A stretch of DNA of 64,000 nt, taken from NCBI RefSeq assembly GCF_037042905.1, contig NC_087245.1, positions 21,516,001-21,580,000 of the forward strand, read 5' to 3'. Numbering within the stretch: position 1 is the stretch's first letter; each line of letters starts with the position of its first letter. Source of the DNA: Lytechinus pictus (lineage: Eukaryota). The notes beneath the pieces are model-generated. The model made no database searches. It was not told where the DNA came from and saw nothing but the letters and a program-made list of their open reading frames with translations. Positions 1-14,845 of the stretch are shown here, piece after piece. Position numbers and translations under genes: made by a program.

Positions 1-1514
1 ATATGGGAGCAAGAAACAGGGATGAGGAGAGAGAAAGAGAGGGAGACTTGGAGAAAATAAATGGCAATAAAATCATGGAGCAAATTTCCCCAAGATGTCA
101 GACCAATGATAAAGTTTGAAGATTCGAATATGTCTAAAATACCTTTTAATACCCTTTTTAAAGTAACTAGCTATCATTATCTATTAGAATTTAGACTTTT
201 CCTATAGTACTAAGCGTTTCTAAGAACTGAATGATGTTATTGATAACTTAATTTTGTAGTCTCAATCAAATAACATCAAAGTAACCAAATACGTATGGAT
301 GCATACGTGCTCCTGATAAAGACGTAGGGAACGTCGAAAACTATGAATAAACAAATGATTGGCAAAAACATTAATTTTCGATTTTGTTTTATTATCATCA
401 TAAGAGAGAAAGAGAGAACAAGAAGTGTATGCATGTGAAGACTTGGTAGCGAGGTAATAAAATACAAAGAAAATAAAAATGCTAAGAAACCGTTAGTTTT
501 TCTACATTCCAAGGAATGGGCGCCAAGACACTGACCCCAAGTGATGTTCAATCACACAGAGATAGTTGAACCTAGAGATTTGTGGTGGAGAGCATTTCGG
601 AGTTGATGGCATTAAGTAATTGCGAGGGATAAAAAAAACCAGTGTAGTAACATTAAGACACGTCCGCCAGATCGAGACCCGGAATGCCACTCATTAATTT
701 AATGTGTACAACTATGACGTAAAACAGAGCGGCGAGAAGATACCCAACTCAAATGGGGGACATTGAGTTTAAGCGACTGAATTGCCTGATTTATAAGATT
801 CACTACACCCAGTCGTTACCGGAGAATGAAATTTGGGGGAATTGCGTTCCTTGTCAGTGTTGTCGATTGGTTCTGATGTCTCAGCATTGAACAAGAAAGC
901 GACGCGACCGGTCACGAACCACGTCATTCACCCACGCACATTAACTCTGTGTCTTAAAGGCCGTCTTTGGTTTTGGGGAGCGTTTTATCAACATTTGTCG
1001 TCTGAGAAATTGTCAGATCTGACAACTTTCCTTGATATAGATTGGATGAGAATGACGGGTGTTGTGACTGATACTGTGATAATTATCGTATATTCGGACT
1101 TCGTGGATAAAATATCCTGTGATTTCTTGTCATGAAACGCGCCCCTGGCAAATCTAAAGAATGAATAGTCATGTCAGATTACATGATATGATATAATTTT
1201 GGACATTATGTGTGAAAAATGTCACCTAAAAGTAATGAAACATATAGGACATTGCTCCAATTAACGTATAAAAAATATCGGATCCGATAATTTGATTCAC
1301 TTTTCTTTTTGGTCAAGGGGGTTTGAATAGAGAACTTCTTGTTCAGAAAAATGGCGTTGATTCTATATTAAAAAAATATTTTCATTATTGGCTTGGGCTT
1401 TTATATTTAATTGTTTCATATCTTTTTCTGACGCTTACGTGTATTGTAAACGATACTCTTTTTTATATTTATGATTGCTTTTAGATAATTGCACATCTTT
1501 CCTTAGACTTACCG

Positions 1515-2045
1515 TTTTTTTCAATAGCATTTATTTAATCATCTGTACATACATTTCACATTTACATAAAAAACATCAAGCATAATCAAATAATACATAC
1601 GAAAGACGATACAAAGATTTACCAGTAAAGTTTTTGTTCATTCCTAACCTCCTACGCAATTCTGATATAAATAAAAACGTCAAATCTGTTTATTGTCTAC
1701 TTTCTTGAAATTTACGTAACAAAATTGATTTATACACAGTCCAAAAAGCTATATTAATGATATCATCTAATTCTTTGTACTCGTTATCTTTTCTCAAAAG
1801 ATCGACATCAATAATAACATGTTTATTAAAGACTTTTTTTTAATCAACCAAATTATATATGACCCAAGACTTTTGATATGTGATCAAAGCATTATAATGT
1901 CGTATTATACATGGCAACTATTACAATTTGCATCCTCACTTAAACGCCATTTACAAAAGGTCTTTTTTCACAGGCAATAAATTATACAGTATTTTAGACT
2001 TATGGTTAAGTTCAACTGAAAATTTTATTGCTTATTTTATATTTC
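1515..2045 (-). mobile_element. Degenerate L1/Tx1-type LINE 3' fragment
   Basis: Reverse strand reads (with a frameshift) ILYNLLPVKKDL-KWRLSEDANCNSCHV, resembling the Tx1/L1 ORF2 C-terminal zinc-knuckle region; multiple stops. Confidence 0.5.
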
Positions 2046-5000
2046 AGGGGCTTTCTCGACGTTTTACAAAGTCATATTACCAGAAACCCCATCCGAGTAC
2101 AACAAGTACAACAAGTAATAGGAAAGGTCGAGCTAAATAATTACTACGTAAAGCGCTTAGTATGAAGCGCTATATAATATGTAACTAATTATTATTATTT
2201 AATAGCAATTTATACATTGCATGTGAAAGGATTAAAAGACGGCAGTTGCTGGATTTTCATCAATGTAAACATGTTGATATCTTTTGTTGGAGAGTACGGT
2301 ATCGTGTCAAAGGGAAGTATCTTTCATCCATATGGTTTGGGTTAACTCTCGGGCTATTTTCTAAAAGAGCACACTTGTAAAATACTAAGGGAATTGTTTG
2401 ATGTAATAAATCATAATATGAACAGAAAGCAGTAATGAACAGCAACAAACCTGTTTTTATTTACATGATAAAGAATTGGCTATGTTCCATTTTCGCTGCT
2501 AAACATGCTAGAGTTCCAAAATCCAGTGGGCTTCAGGAAAGGAAGAAAGATCTAGGTTAATTGATAAATCCCCTCCAAATCGGAATGTTTTCGTTAATAC
2601 TTAATCTGTAGAGTATATAGACTCATCTGCCAATCAATGACTAGCTGCTGGGGGATATTTAGGACAAATCATCTTGAATTCATTTCCTTTAAAATCAGAC
2701 TCTCTGACCAAACCCTTAAAGCTACAGGGAACCTAACACGATTGTGTTGCGTATACAACCCAGGAAAAAGAACCGAGATCTGTATTTACACTGTCTTCTC
2801 ACAGCTACATTAAAACATGTGAGCACATCTTAAACAGTGTAATGATAATAGAATGTAACCTTCTGCAGATCAACATTACATCAAGCGATAATATAAAAGA
2901 AGGGAGAAAATCTATATTTGCCAGTCGAGCATTGTGAGTAACGTGGAATACGTTTTATACTGTAGTTTGATTGTCCGATTATACCATGCTGAGGTATAGC
3001 TTCACAGAGTTTCAGAGCTTCTCATGTGGGACCAGTCTGGAGTAAGAAGTGAGAGATAGATGTATATTTACGCCTGTACAAAGACAAACGCAATGAAATT
3101 GCATTTCCTTTAACCACAATAAATGTTTCTTTTATCAGGGGTGGGGTAATAAATAGAAGGGAAGGTGTTAAAAGACGCAGCGATATTGTGCAAGGGAATA
3201 CTGTACTTTTATCTATCAAACTGCTTCCAGAAAATGTATGTCCACGCAGTCTACGCTCATGTATCTTTCTGTCACGAAAGCGTTAAAACTTTGGAAAATA
3301 ATGTAGAAATTTCACCTGAAATAACGAATATACTAAATTTGATGCCCTTTTGTAGATCGCAAGAAGAAGTAGGCATCAAATCAAAATGTTCTCATCAAAA
3401 CATACAAAATAACCCCACATGCTACGATTTCTAGTATATACTCAAATAGACAGCTAGGTTTTAACATCTTTATTTTCGACATTATAAGATAAAAACCGAT
3501 TAAATAAGATGACATTTGGAATATCTTCATTACAGTCCAAACTTTATTTGGGACTGACATGAAGGCGCCTAAAGGGAGTTTGTGGAGGAGTTTCTTACCA
3601 TTGATCCTCTATAGACGATATACAATCAAGCGTCTTTATTGAACAAAAGCCGCGGATTTATTTCTGAAAAGTGGTCGATCGAGCTAACACTTAAAAAGGT
3701 AAAGGCCCTTGTGGCAGCTTAAATCGATCCGCATCACAAGTCATAAAAGTGTTAGGCGTTACACTTTCACTCCGTTATATTCAAATCTCAGGAATATCGG
3801 GGAAAATATGGGTGTTTCCCAATATAAAGCAGCGAATGGAACACAGATTTAACCCCAAACTAACACACAAATATACCAGGAAATCCTCTTACTACTTACG
3901 TTGATATAAACAGATTCGGTATATAAGCTCATTTTCATAAAGCCAAGTCAGATCGGCTTATCCCTCATATCGAAAATTTCCAGTGGTAATATCCAAATGT
4001 GAAAGATTGACAACTAACGCGGTCGTACATTTCTCACACTCAGCCCAGTTAAGAAAAGATTGTGGAATAGAAGATTTAATCCTGTTAATGGTTCCATTAC
4101 TTGATGCATAGGTACAGGCTATGAGTAAGAATCAAAATATGCAACAGTCTACATTTTATTTGAAAAAAATACATATCCTATACCAAAATTTTGATTATTT
4201 TTTTTGGATAGTCATGATTGGAAATGAATAATCTCGAAAGTCTGGGAACCCGAAAGACCACTTTGGGCCCTCGTACGTTTATTTGGGCTTGTAAAGACGA
4301 GTATTCAATCAGATATGGTTAATATTTATATCTGTGTTTTTATTTTTGAACAGAATATTGGCAGATGCCAATGATGTTGCAATAAATTCAATTCAGTTCC
4401 ATTCAATTCATCTGAGGTCGGCCTTTTAACGTCATCACACGTTACGCGGTGTGTGAACCACGGCCCTCTAAATCAGTTTGTAACATTTACAAGTCATGGA
4501 GAATGATTTTTACAGGGGCACACATCACAGTATCTTGACATTCTATCTACTTGCATGGGTGGGTGAGTTTTCGAGGGTGTGTTTGAACCTGAACAGACTC
4601 ATGGACTTTTTGTGTCAATTATCCACCGTTTTTACTGGCCTGAATGGATGTCAGCTATTGCAGATCGTAAGAGCCATAGGGGTATAATGTCTGGTGACGG
4701 TATACTTCTTCGGATCTGGTCCATGTCGTCGGTTTTGGTGTACCCATTCCTGCCCTGGTTTGTCAACCCAGACACACTGACAACCATTTTGAAGATTACC
4801 GCGGGGATCCCTTCTGCAGTGTTTGGCCCAATTAGGTCACCATCTATTCTAAAGGTTTACCCCATCACCAGTCATTAGTTTCTTGTGACGCATTTACTCC
4901 CGTGTAACCTCGGAAACATTCACGCTAAATGTCGAGACACGGAGACACCATACATCGACATGTCAAAGGAGAAATACGAGCTGGAATGAAATAACAAAAT

Positions 5001-7399
5001 TGAGGTATGAATATATAACTTGAGCATTCAGGGCCCATTTGACAGTATCATAACTTTGTATAGGGCCTTTTCCCCCAAGTCTGTCGCACATCAAAGGGTG
5101 TAACCCTGTGGACCTTCCTCCCAATATACCCTATAGTTAAAGGACACATCGATGCACCCCTTTGGGATCCCCCTATAATGTAATAAGCTTCGACGCCAAC
5201 CGCCCTAGGCGAACATAATGACATTAAGACGAAGCAAACATCATTTACGTAAGAAGTTTGATGGGTGCCATTAGGGGGTACGGGAAACACCAATGAATGA
5301 AAAGTTCAGTGTAATATTTCAATGTGAACACCGTACATCGTGTAAGTGTTAACAGTGTAAAAATATCACCTTCGGAGATCATGATGCAAATAAGTGATCA
5401 CGATTCAGTACGAACAATAAGAAAGTTTATAATGGTACCCAAAGCAGAATTTTGAAAGAATAATCATTGCCAATTGCTCTTCCCTGTTTCTTTTTTCCTT
5501 TAAATCATTTTTTATCAACTAAAAAATAAGCGAATTGCATTCTCATGTTCATAAATCTCCGACTGAAGTCTTCAGGACAATCGATCATAAGACTTAATTT
5601 TCAGTCAAGGTAAATACTGTAATGTGATCAAGATACCCTCCATTTTCTTAGGTGGAGAAGTAGGTTGCACATTAAACCCTTTCTTTCATGACGTCATCCG
5701 TCTTTTTAAACCATGGTGTTTTTAACGTCAACATTTTATTAGCCCGCCATCCGACCTGTCACGGTCCTACCAGTGACGAGTTCCACTTCTGCTATTTCAT
5801 ATCTGATCCAAATGTTCAATTGGGTGAATGACGGCATCCAGGTCCACCACATGAATCTCTGAGCATCTTCCAATGTGTCCTTTCTTTCTTTCTTCTTCAT
5901 GTGAGAGGAAATGCCGACACAAAGACATGTTTAACAGATCATTATCGGCTCCCTCTGTTTGGGTATCTGGTATCAAGGACCTGCTCTGTGGATTCACACT
6001 GCTCTCGTAATAGGGCGCCATGATATACTATGTATGTTAAAGGCTATAAACATGCACGCCGAGGAATTTTATCTAGTACACGAGCTTGAACTATGAATCT
6101 CCTTTAAATAGAGCAAAAGTTTTTAGAAAGTATATAGTTACCTTACAAAACATTTTGAATGATGGGCGTTCAAACACAACGACATATTTTCATCTTAATG
6201 TCACTTGGAAAAAACAACAACTAAGAAATTAATCGTACACAATCACTCTGAATTGCTAGGTTAATACCTTGAATTTGGTTGTGATGTATTTTCTCGACTT
6301 CTTTAATCTCGATATATTCATCATATCAGAACGCATCTCTTTTAAGATAAAACATATGTTCACTTAAATGGCAAAACTACCCATACCAATGTATTGATGA
6401 AGGTTTGTCATTTATAATATTTAAAATTGAAATTATTGGTATCATTTTAATAGCTACCCATATCCCATTAACCAAGGCCTGTCGTATTAACAACTGGGGA
6501 ATAAAACGGCACCGTAATAAAGAATGATTTGAAGTTTTGAAGTTTCAAACGGGACAGCTATGACATGTATGAGTATAGACAGATGTGGGCCTAATATGTT
6601 GGTCAATTATTACCGCAAGATCAACACCTCGTCTTACAATCCCTTTCATATTTCCAAAACAGCATAGGAATGAACAGTACTCCACCCTTCATCATCTTTG
6701 AAATGTCGTCATCTCTAGAATGTTGTCTCGAATGACATGCACCACTGTCCCGGCTCTTCGAGCACAACGAAACTCCTGAAGATGTTTATGACGACCTTAA
6801 TGACTCGCGCAACATGACTCACATAGCTCCAAGTTCACGGACTTTGTCCGTGGGGGACACTTCATGGTAGTATTGTGCGTTAATGGGCACTATATTTTCA
6901 CAATACAGAAGTTTAATTATACTCACTCAAATAATACTCGGCCTCATGTAGCCCAATCGAATTCATAACCGAGAAGACATTTTACTTAAAAAACAGTGCA
7001 GACCACCATCCAATTATACACCTACATGAAGAATAAGCATCCCGTTTCATCTAGCCGGTTATAATATTAAAATTATGATAATTGACTGGTAGTTATTTTG
7101 TTATGGAAATATTGAATTTGTCATACACTGTAATAACAAGTTGTTTTGAAAGGGACTCGTGGTATGATGCGGGGTAGATGCTATAGATAGATACGCCAGA
7201 GGCGATTATCAGTTTCGCTTGGATTCTTTAAAATAGCCCGATATGATTTTTTCCTCACCCTTTCTATTCTCTGTCAACGCCCATTCCTTCAGGGTAAAAT
7301 TTGCTTAAAGGCAATATGAATCCTCCATAATAAAAGTTATTCCACATACTTTACAAGGGTATCTTTATAATTATACAAGTATTTTCGGTTTCAGGATAA

Positions 7400-8441
7400 T
7401 TAATAGAGAGTTTTCGAATTTACTACGGGGACACTCTCCAAAAACGCATCGATTCCTTTGAAAATGCAATTTAAATCATAATGGAGAGCTGAGAGGCTTT
7501 TGGGTAAATGTGACCTGAAAGTGAGAGACATTGCGTACAAGCAACTTGTCAGACCTCAACTTGAGTATGCTTCATGTGCATGGAATCCTCACATACAGAA
7601 AGATGTAAACATTATTGAGAACATTCAGCGTCAGGGTGCTAGGTTTGTCCTTCACGACTATAGCAGAATATCCAGTGTAACATCGATGTTGTCAACTCTT
7701 CACTGGGATACTCTCCAACACAGACGCCTTCTTAGCCAATGTGAGATGTTCTACAAATTTCATCACAATTTTTTTTACACCAACATGCCACATCAGATTA
7801 AGTTAAGCAGCAATTCTCGTCCACAACGTTCACAACACACTGGACACAAGCTCAAGTACACCCAGCATTTTTGTAGAGTGAACTGCTACATGTACAGTAT
7901 GTTCCCAAGAACCATCCGTATTTGGAATCCTCTCCCAAACGCTGCTGTAACTTCGACCTCTATAGCTGGCTTCCGGGGAGCAACATTGCCTATCATTCAG
8001 CAAATGTTGCCTCCCCTCCCCTTAAGATGCTGTAAGAGGGACACACACGCACCACCCGCACACTGCACCTAGCACACTGTCCATGATATAGTGCACCAAG
8101 AATACCACCACAGGATTACCACATCACCTGAAGCACTGGCAGCACCTGAAACAGCACAACCCTCTCCAGGACAGCGTGTACGCTTTTTGGGAGAGTACTT
8201 CTTCAAGGTTCAAGGTTCGAAAGTTGGTGGACTGGGACAGCAGATTATCCGAAGATTTGCACTGGACGAACGATTGCAAATATATGTCGTTGTCCATATT
8301 CCAGAGATTCCGATGCTGTCCCGGTCCACCAACTTTCCACAAAAACCTCGCAGCTCTCCATTGTGATTTGACTTGCATTTTCAAAGGAATTGGTGCGTTG
8401 TAGAGAGTGTCTCCGTAGTATATGCGAAAACTCTCTATTAA
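7400..8441. mobile_element. Palindromic MITE (TTAATAGAGAGTTTTCG...CGAAAACTCTCTATTAA) interrupted by a LINE
   Basis: 7400-7502 is an imperfect reverse complement of 8340-8441; after the LINE the arm resumes (aagttggtggactgggacagca 8221 pairs with tgctgtcccggtccaccaactt ~8314-8335). Confidence 0.75.
7503..8220 (+). mobile_element. 5'-truncated CR1-group LINE (ORF2 C-terminus, 3'UTR, short tandem tail)
   Basis: ORF 7500-8072 has the motifs AYKQLVRPQLEYASCAWNPH...IENIQRQGARFV...SVTSML..L.WDTLQHRR...MFPRTIRIWN typical of CR1-group RT C-termini; ends in CAAGGTT repeats (8204-8217). Confidence 0.85.
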
Positions 8442-9646
8442 CGATTTTGCAACGCAGTCAAGGCAGTGTGTCATCTATTATTAGCCGATAGAGTGCCCCC
8501 CCCCTCCATTGTACAGGGAGCGCAATAGCTTCATGGTCTAGGGTTCGAAGCTCAAGTTGATGCGATCATTTACTTTGCACAGGCATCAATCTCTCTGAGC
8601 TAGCTTCGATTTGATCGTTTTCTATGTCACCATGTATGTAAATTAAATATGGCCGGCCAAGAGATGAAAAGAAAAGCAGGTTGGGTATAGGGGAAGGGAG
8701 CTGTTATGGAATGATGGGCTTTTGTCAAAGCTTTCTCAAAACTTGAAAAAATATTGATAGAAAGCATTATTTGATATGTTTGCCATCATTATTCACTGAC
8801 AAGTCAAGTGACCCCACCATGGCAGGCTTCCATCATGAACCGAAGGGTAAGCGAATAATGAGGTGGACCTTCCTCACCCCAACCCTCATCCGTTTGTTTT
8901 TCCATCTCACACATTATCATCCCTGGTAACCATCCCTGTCCTCCAAGTTCAATTTTCAGATCACTCCTCTCCCAAGCACGTGTGACGTGGAGAGCGCATA
9001 GTGGCCTAAGATACTGGGGATCGAATTACTGTCCCCTCCAAAATTTGATCCCTCGCTCGGGTTCAAAACCCCAATAATGATTGTGTTAGCTGAGCCTAGA
9101 TTTCCGACAAGAGCACCAGACATGGTTTACTTAAGGTATCCGGTGACAGGTGCTCAGCATGGTGAGAGATACCAGATACCAAGAGGTATATCAGTAATTT
9201 CATTTGGAGAGGGATGGGGGGGGGGGGTAAAGGGGGTAAGAACTAGATGACAAGCCTACCCCCCTTCAAAACAAGTGTGGGAATAACTTCAAAGGGTAAT
9301 CACAGATTGTAAATACCTTAAGGCCTAAGTCCGTTTGCACGGAAATTAAGGTGCAACTAAATCTTGCTTAGGATATAAAGGGGTGCATGAGTGTACCCTT
9401 GCCCCGCCACCCCGGATCCGATAGAGTACCTCTCTAAGAGAGGCCATACTGGCTCAAGGATGGATATGGATATTGGTGAGATATGAACTTGAATGCAATT
9501 CCGGCGTTACACTTGCCCATGAGCTCCATGATCTGTTAACATATCTGGTTGCGAGTTCAGGTATCAGAGTACGGAGATGAATTGAAAAGCAATGCCCTCG
9601 ACTTACGAGATTAACTTTAGATGGAAGATATTCTAACAGAAAACCA

Positions 9647-9929
9647 CACTGTTAGAAAAAAATAAGAAAGAAATAACCAAGTCATTCTGTAAATTGTTAT
9701 AACAGGAAAGATTTTCCACAATCTTTCTACAATTTTACAGAACAGGTCTGTTTAAAAAAGGGGGAAAACAGTTTAATTACAATAAATTTGTAAGGTTACA
9801 TACACCAAATACCAATAATCTGTAATTTTACACAAATGCATGTAAGATTACACAGCGCAGTAAGATTACAGACGTTCTCGAGACTCTGCTGCAGGAATTT
9901 TTGTTTTTAAGAAGATTTTTTTAACAGTG
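9647..9929. mobile_element. Tc1/mariner-like MITE (CACTGTTA...TAACAGTG)
   Basis: Terminal inverted repeats CACTGTTAGAAAAA / TTTTTTAACAGTG with internal TTACA/TGTAA repeats; TA target duplication not intact. Confidence 0.55.
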
Positions 9930-11384
9930 CACTTTCTATTGTATTATTTCTACCTGTATTATTTCGTAATTTCATGCAGTTGCTCGTAATTTGTAACTCA
10001 TGCATTTTGTTTTGATTACTTGTGATGTCATGCTCCTTACGAAATTCTACCACATTCATCTTGGGGTAAAAAGGACTAATCGTGGAATTGAAAAAAAGGA
10101 AAGATTGGTCGTGCAAATAATGATTAACGAATGCATTTGGTGATTAAATTCGTGCAGGGTCCACACGTCAAAATCCAATTCTCTATTCAATACGACACAC
10201 GCAGAATTATCAACTGAAATGCAATAACAGTGAACACCCTGTATATAGTTTCATTCCTCAAAACTGGTATGGTAAAAAAATCATGACGAAAGGATTTTAT
10301 TAAAGTGAATGGACGAATTCGAGATTACTTGAGAATGGCAAAAGGATACACCCAGAAACTAAATCTACTATCTAAATAGGATATGGAGGTAAAATACTGG
10401 AGGTTATTTTTTTTGTGTTTCAGTCGTTTAACTCTCGATTCCTACTTCTCATTTTGCAAGTATTTAAAATACATGGTTTGCCGAGGCCGGGGCTAATGGC
10501 AAATAGTACATCGTATACGAATTGCGTTGAACAAGAAGAAGGCTCTGCAGAAAGAAAAAATATATATATATGGACAACCTAGGTTAAGAGAAATTATCAA
10601 TAAATATATACAAAGAGATAGGACGTAGGAAGTGAAGTAGAGATAACACAAATGGAATATTGAGATTTCCATGGACGATTAACAAAGGGATAATGTTTTA
10701 ATGCGTATGGGGATTATTACCTATATAAGTTTAAACAATATCAAACTTTAAAGCATGAATTGAAAGCCATGATGACATTATCACTCGTATCAAATCATTC
10801 CTGTTGATTCCAATTAGGACGACATCATAATGAAAACGTTACGCAGTGGCATATTGAGCCAAAAATGCTAGAGGGCAAGATAAGTCTTATCGAGCAAAGC
10901 ATTTGACATTTTTATTACAAAAATCCAAGTTTGTGATATATTTTTACATATTATTTATAAAATAATACCACATTTCAACCTTCTCTCTTTCATTTGCTTT
11001 CTTTTCTTTCTCTTTTGTTCTCTTGGTCGTGATTTTTTTCCGGGGGTGGGGGTGCAAGCGCCCCCAGGTACCCCCATCTGTGCTTTACAGTTTTGTAGTT
11101 TAGTGGCAAATTGTGAATGGTGATCACAGCCCTCATCATCACGATCACTTCAGCTTTAACGCTACATCCATAATTAGCTTGATTAGTATTCTATGAACAG
11201 TTTCATTATGCTTTATTAAAACAGCTCGATCTAATCGATCCAAATCAATTTAGAAATGGGGCCGTATAGTGAAATGCCATCTCACTATGTCATCGTCATA
11301 ATATGCATGGATATCAATTAAACCACATTCAAATATCTAATTAAATGTTAAATACTATTTTAGCTACTGCAACTTTGAACTTGA

Positions 11385-11572
11385 AACTTTCTTTCTTTCT
11401 CTCCCTCTGTATCTCTGCATTTCTTTCTTTCTTTCTTTCTTTTTCTCCCTCTCTAACTCTGCATTTCTTTCTTTCATTCTTTCTTCCTGTCTTTCTTCCT
11501 TTCTATCTTTCTATCTTTCTTTCTTTCATTTCTCCCTCTTTTTGTTCTTTTTTTTTTCTCTCTCTCTCTTTC
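11385..11572. repeat. Pyrimidine-rich (TTTC/TC)n simple repeat
   Basis: Direct inspection; explains the low-complexity F/S/L ORF 11345-11647. Confidence 0.85.
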
Positions 11573-14500
11573 TGGGTCACTCCATCAAAAGTTATAGGGC
11601 GTCCGCCCCTGCCTCGCTGCGGCGTTGTCCCTCATTATTATGTGTGATATAACAGGCAAGGCTAGACAGTTGTGGATGCAAGTGTGATGTATGTATAATT
11701 TAAATAATGTAAAAATCAACAGACGTTTAGGAACTTAAAAAAGAAAAACGGTCGATCGGCATGGGGTAGCACAAGTACACGAGCAAGTGTACAACCGCGT
11801 ATTGGAATAGAATAATCACTTCATTTATTGATGGATTGAATTCATGTAACACAATTACCGTGGTGATAAATAGAATTTATATTAATTTCCATTCATTGAC
11901 TGGTGGCTCAGAAGGTATGTAGGATGCATACCGACGTCAAGTTACCCTAAGCAGGTTTTAGCAGGAGTTAAATGTCCTGACATTTTACTAAGTTCTATTT
12001 AATGCATTGACATTTGCGTCGGCGAGTGCTGTAATATCGCACACAGGCAGATGTGAAATGAATGTGATAAACTCAATTTGGGCCTTCTTCAAACATGCAA
12101 AGACCTTTTGTGGCGAGAGAGCAAAGGAAATAGGCCTACTGTGAATATGGAATAGAGCATAGGTATGAAAACGAATTATCAATGAAGTCAGGAATTGCTT
12201 TTATGTAATCATGGTAAAGGGATTTATACATAAATAATATTTACTCTTTTTGCCTAAATCATCACTAAAAAGGTCACCGCTTCATCAAACGAAATGCACC
12301 CTTCCTATGAATCCAATTTGCAACATGACTATAGTCACATCCGTGAAAGTGCGTAAGCAAAATTTAGTTTGAGACCAAAATTATGGGGGAAAGGAACTCG
12401 AACGGCCACTATAAGAACGAAAAATTAGGGCTTTAGAATTGGAAGGGGCAAACGGGCACGAGGGGGTGGGGTGGGGATACGTCCCTGATTCCCCCTTATT
12501 CTGTCTATTTATGATGCATTTCATCCAGCGATTTATACATCCGGCGCCCCCGCTTTTCATTTTCTAACATGAGTACCGCCCCCATGATTGAATATGCGTA
12601 CAACATTTTGATAAATAGGCTTTTAAAAATTTCATCTAAATTTGATATAATGAGAACTCTTTGGACCTATCCAATATCATAACTAGGTAGACCCTATAAT
12701 CATGTGATGTATTACTTTTCGTCCGTCCCTGTTTGCTTCTTAACAACTGTGTTTCTAATTTGGAGGTAGATGAACTTTGTGGCGATATGGGAGTAATGTG
12801 CATCTCTGACCTGTAAACTCCCATCTCTTATGGGTAATAACGAATTTGACAGTCTAGATGCTATAAGCAATATCACAACCAGTCATCCGGCACACACACC
12901 TGCTAGTCTGGCTTCAAAGATATATGATCTATTTTTAATTTTTGTAGGTCATGCTAATTGTGAGTTGAACCACAAAAGTGAGTCAACGTTGATCTATTTG
13001 TGATCTGATGAATACATAGCACTGGAACTGATTGCATGGAAGATTACCTCTGAAAATAATCAAACATTTTTTGAACTTGTACATGATTTCGTTCAATACT
13101 ATTCACCGGATAGGTCCATTGTGAATAGCAAGTCCGTACAGTCTGTTTTTTTACATGTTTTAGGAGTCACTTTGTAACAAATTATCGACTAAAACACTCG
13201 ACAAGGGAGGTAGAATGAGTCCATTAAAGCTGCAGAAGATTTCAACTCCGAAAACGGTCTACGTAGGTCGAGATTTTCCTATTTTCAAAGGGGCACTTGT
13301 GTATAGATTTCAGACATTATGGTCCCGATATCTGGCTCAATTTTCCAGACAATATTGAGTCATTTAAAAAAATATACTCACTGAAAGTCGAACAGAAATC
13401 ATAGAATCGTAAATTATGATTGAATTTAACTGCCCTGTACTGCACCTGCATGCATTGCACCCACTTGATCAATGCAGAAATACGTTTACCATTTTTTTAC
13501 GAGGCCGCCATCATTTTCAAGCTTAATCGCTCACGATTGTGAATAATGCATCTTGTTAATAACTATTTTCCATTGCTTAGACATATGTATTACGAATATT
13601 GTATTATTGTTTTTTCATATATGTATTATCTTTGTATATGTTATATTGTATATTCATCTCTAATGCAGTAATCAAATAAAATAAAATAAAATGGGAGGGG
13701 ACTGGACCCCGCAAAAGGTTCCACGAACGAGAAGAAGAAAGAAAAGAAAGAGAAAAAGTAAAATGGAAAAGGATTGAAAGAACTCTAAAACACATGGATT
13801 TGAATAAAGCCAAGTGGACTATAGTTAGGGACCAATCGAATTCTGGATTTAGTTTCAATCCTCACCAAAAAAAAAGTAATTTTTCAAATTTAGAGGGATT
13901 AAAAAATTTAAAGTGTTATGTTTTAAATACCATGTCAAAATTATCACAAAAATTAACGTTTCTTACATTACAAAAAAATTCCCCTCACTTTTTTTCTCAT
14001 TAAGCCACGGGAACATGACTGTGAAAGGGGCGAGGGGTGTTAGCGCGCACCCCGTACCCCCTAGTTTGTAATGCCCTTAATAGGGTCACTTGTTGGAATC
14101 TGCCTAAAAAGTAAGGAAAAAAATCATTCAACACAAAAGATAAATCTGAAAAAAAAACCTGAACACACACGCAAAAAGACGGTTATTTACCCATCTACCA
14201 TTTAGAATTTCAGGGAAATATTTGTTGTACTGGAGTTTCCTCGTATTTCATGTAAATCTGCATATTAATTATCGTTTTGATTGTCAGTTATGTCTGACTT
14301 AAATAAATTGCCATCCTTCCTGATCTAAGAATTTCCTTCTTTGACGTACAAGATACATTGGAGAAAACTACTTTTAATGCAAACAATAATTAATCCGCAT
14401 TTCGACTGAAAACCTCTAACTCACTGTACCATGACTAGTCTTTATGTTGACAAAATCTAATACTTGTTTGGTTTCTTTATTTTATACCACCTTTTCTGTC

Positions 14501-14689
14501 TTCGGGATTAGAAAACATATAACAACCTAATCATTCGGTCCCTTTCAAAAGTGTAAATATTCATTTTCCTGGAGGAGTAAGAAATGTTTACATGAGAGTT
14601 CAGAAGGACGTTTATCATGTTAATTTACATCAATTTTTACAGTTATAAATATAAAATAAGTCAATCAAAAAGAGGATAGGGTATATAGT

Positions 14690-14845
14690 CAGATAGTGAT
14701 ACAGATAGATCGATAAATCAATAATTATAGATAGGTAGAGAGATAGACATTTAGAGAGTCAGAGAGACAAACAGACAGACAGACAGAGACGAAGATAGAC
14801 AGGACGAGGGGCGGAGAAATAGAGAGGAAGGGGGAGAGAGGGAGA
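14690..14845. repeat. Degenerate (GATA/GACA/GA)n microsatellite
   Basis: Direct inspection. Confidence 0.75.

Noticed and set aside
4480..4900. Possible piggyBac transposase C-terminus (YCDVCPCKNH) on the minus strand
   Set aside because: No TTAA-bounded TIRs or catalytic motifs nearby; the FN3-like reading fits the neighbouring Ig-like remnants better, though both readings are weak.
8091..8474. Three overlapping ORFs
   Set aside because: They fall in a LINE 3'UTR and a palindromic MITE arm; no domain motif.
11930..12830. Candidate second exons of the signal-peptide gene (acceptor-like sites at ~12102 and ~12810)
   Set aside because: Phase-1 readings hit early stops and no recognisable motif survives.
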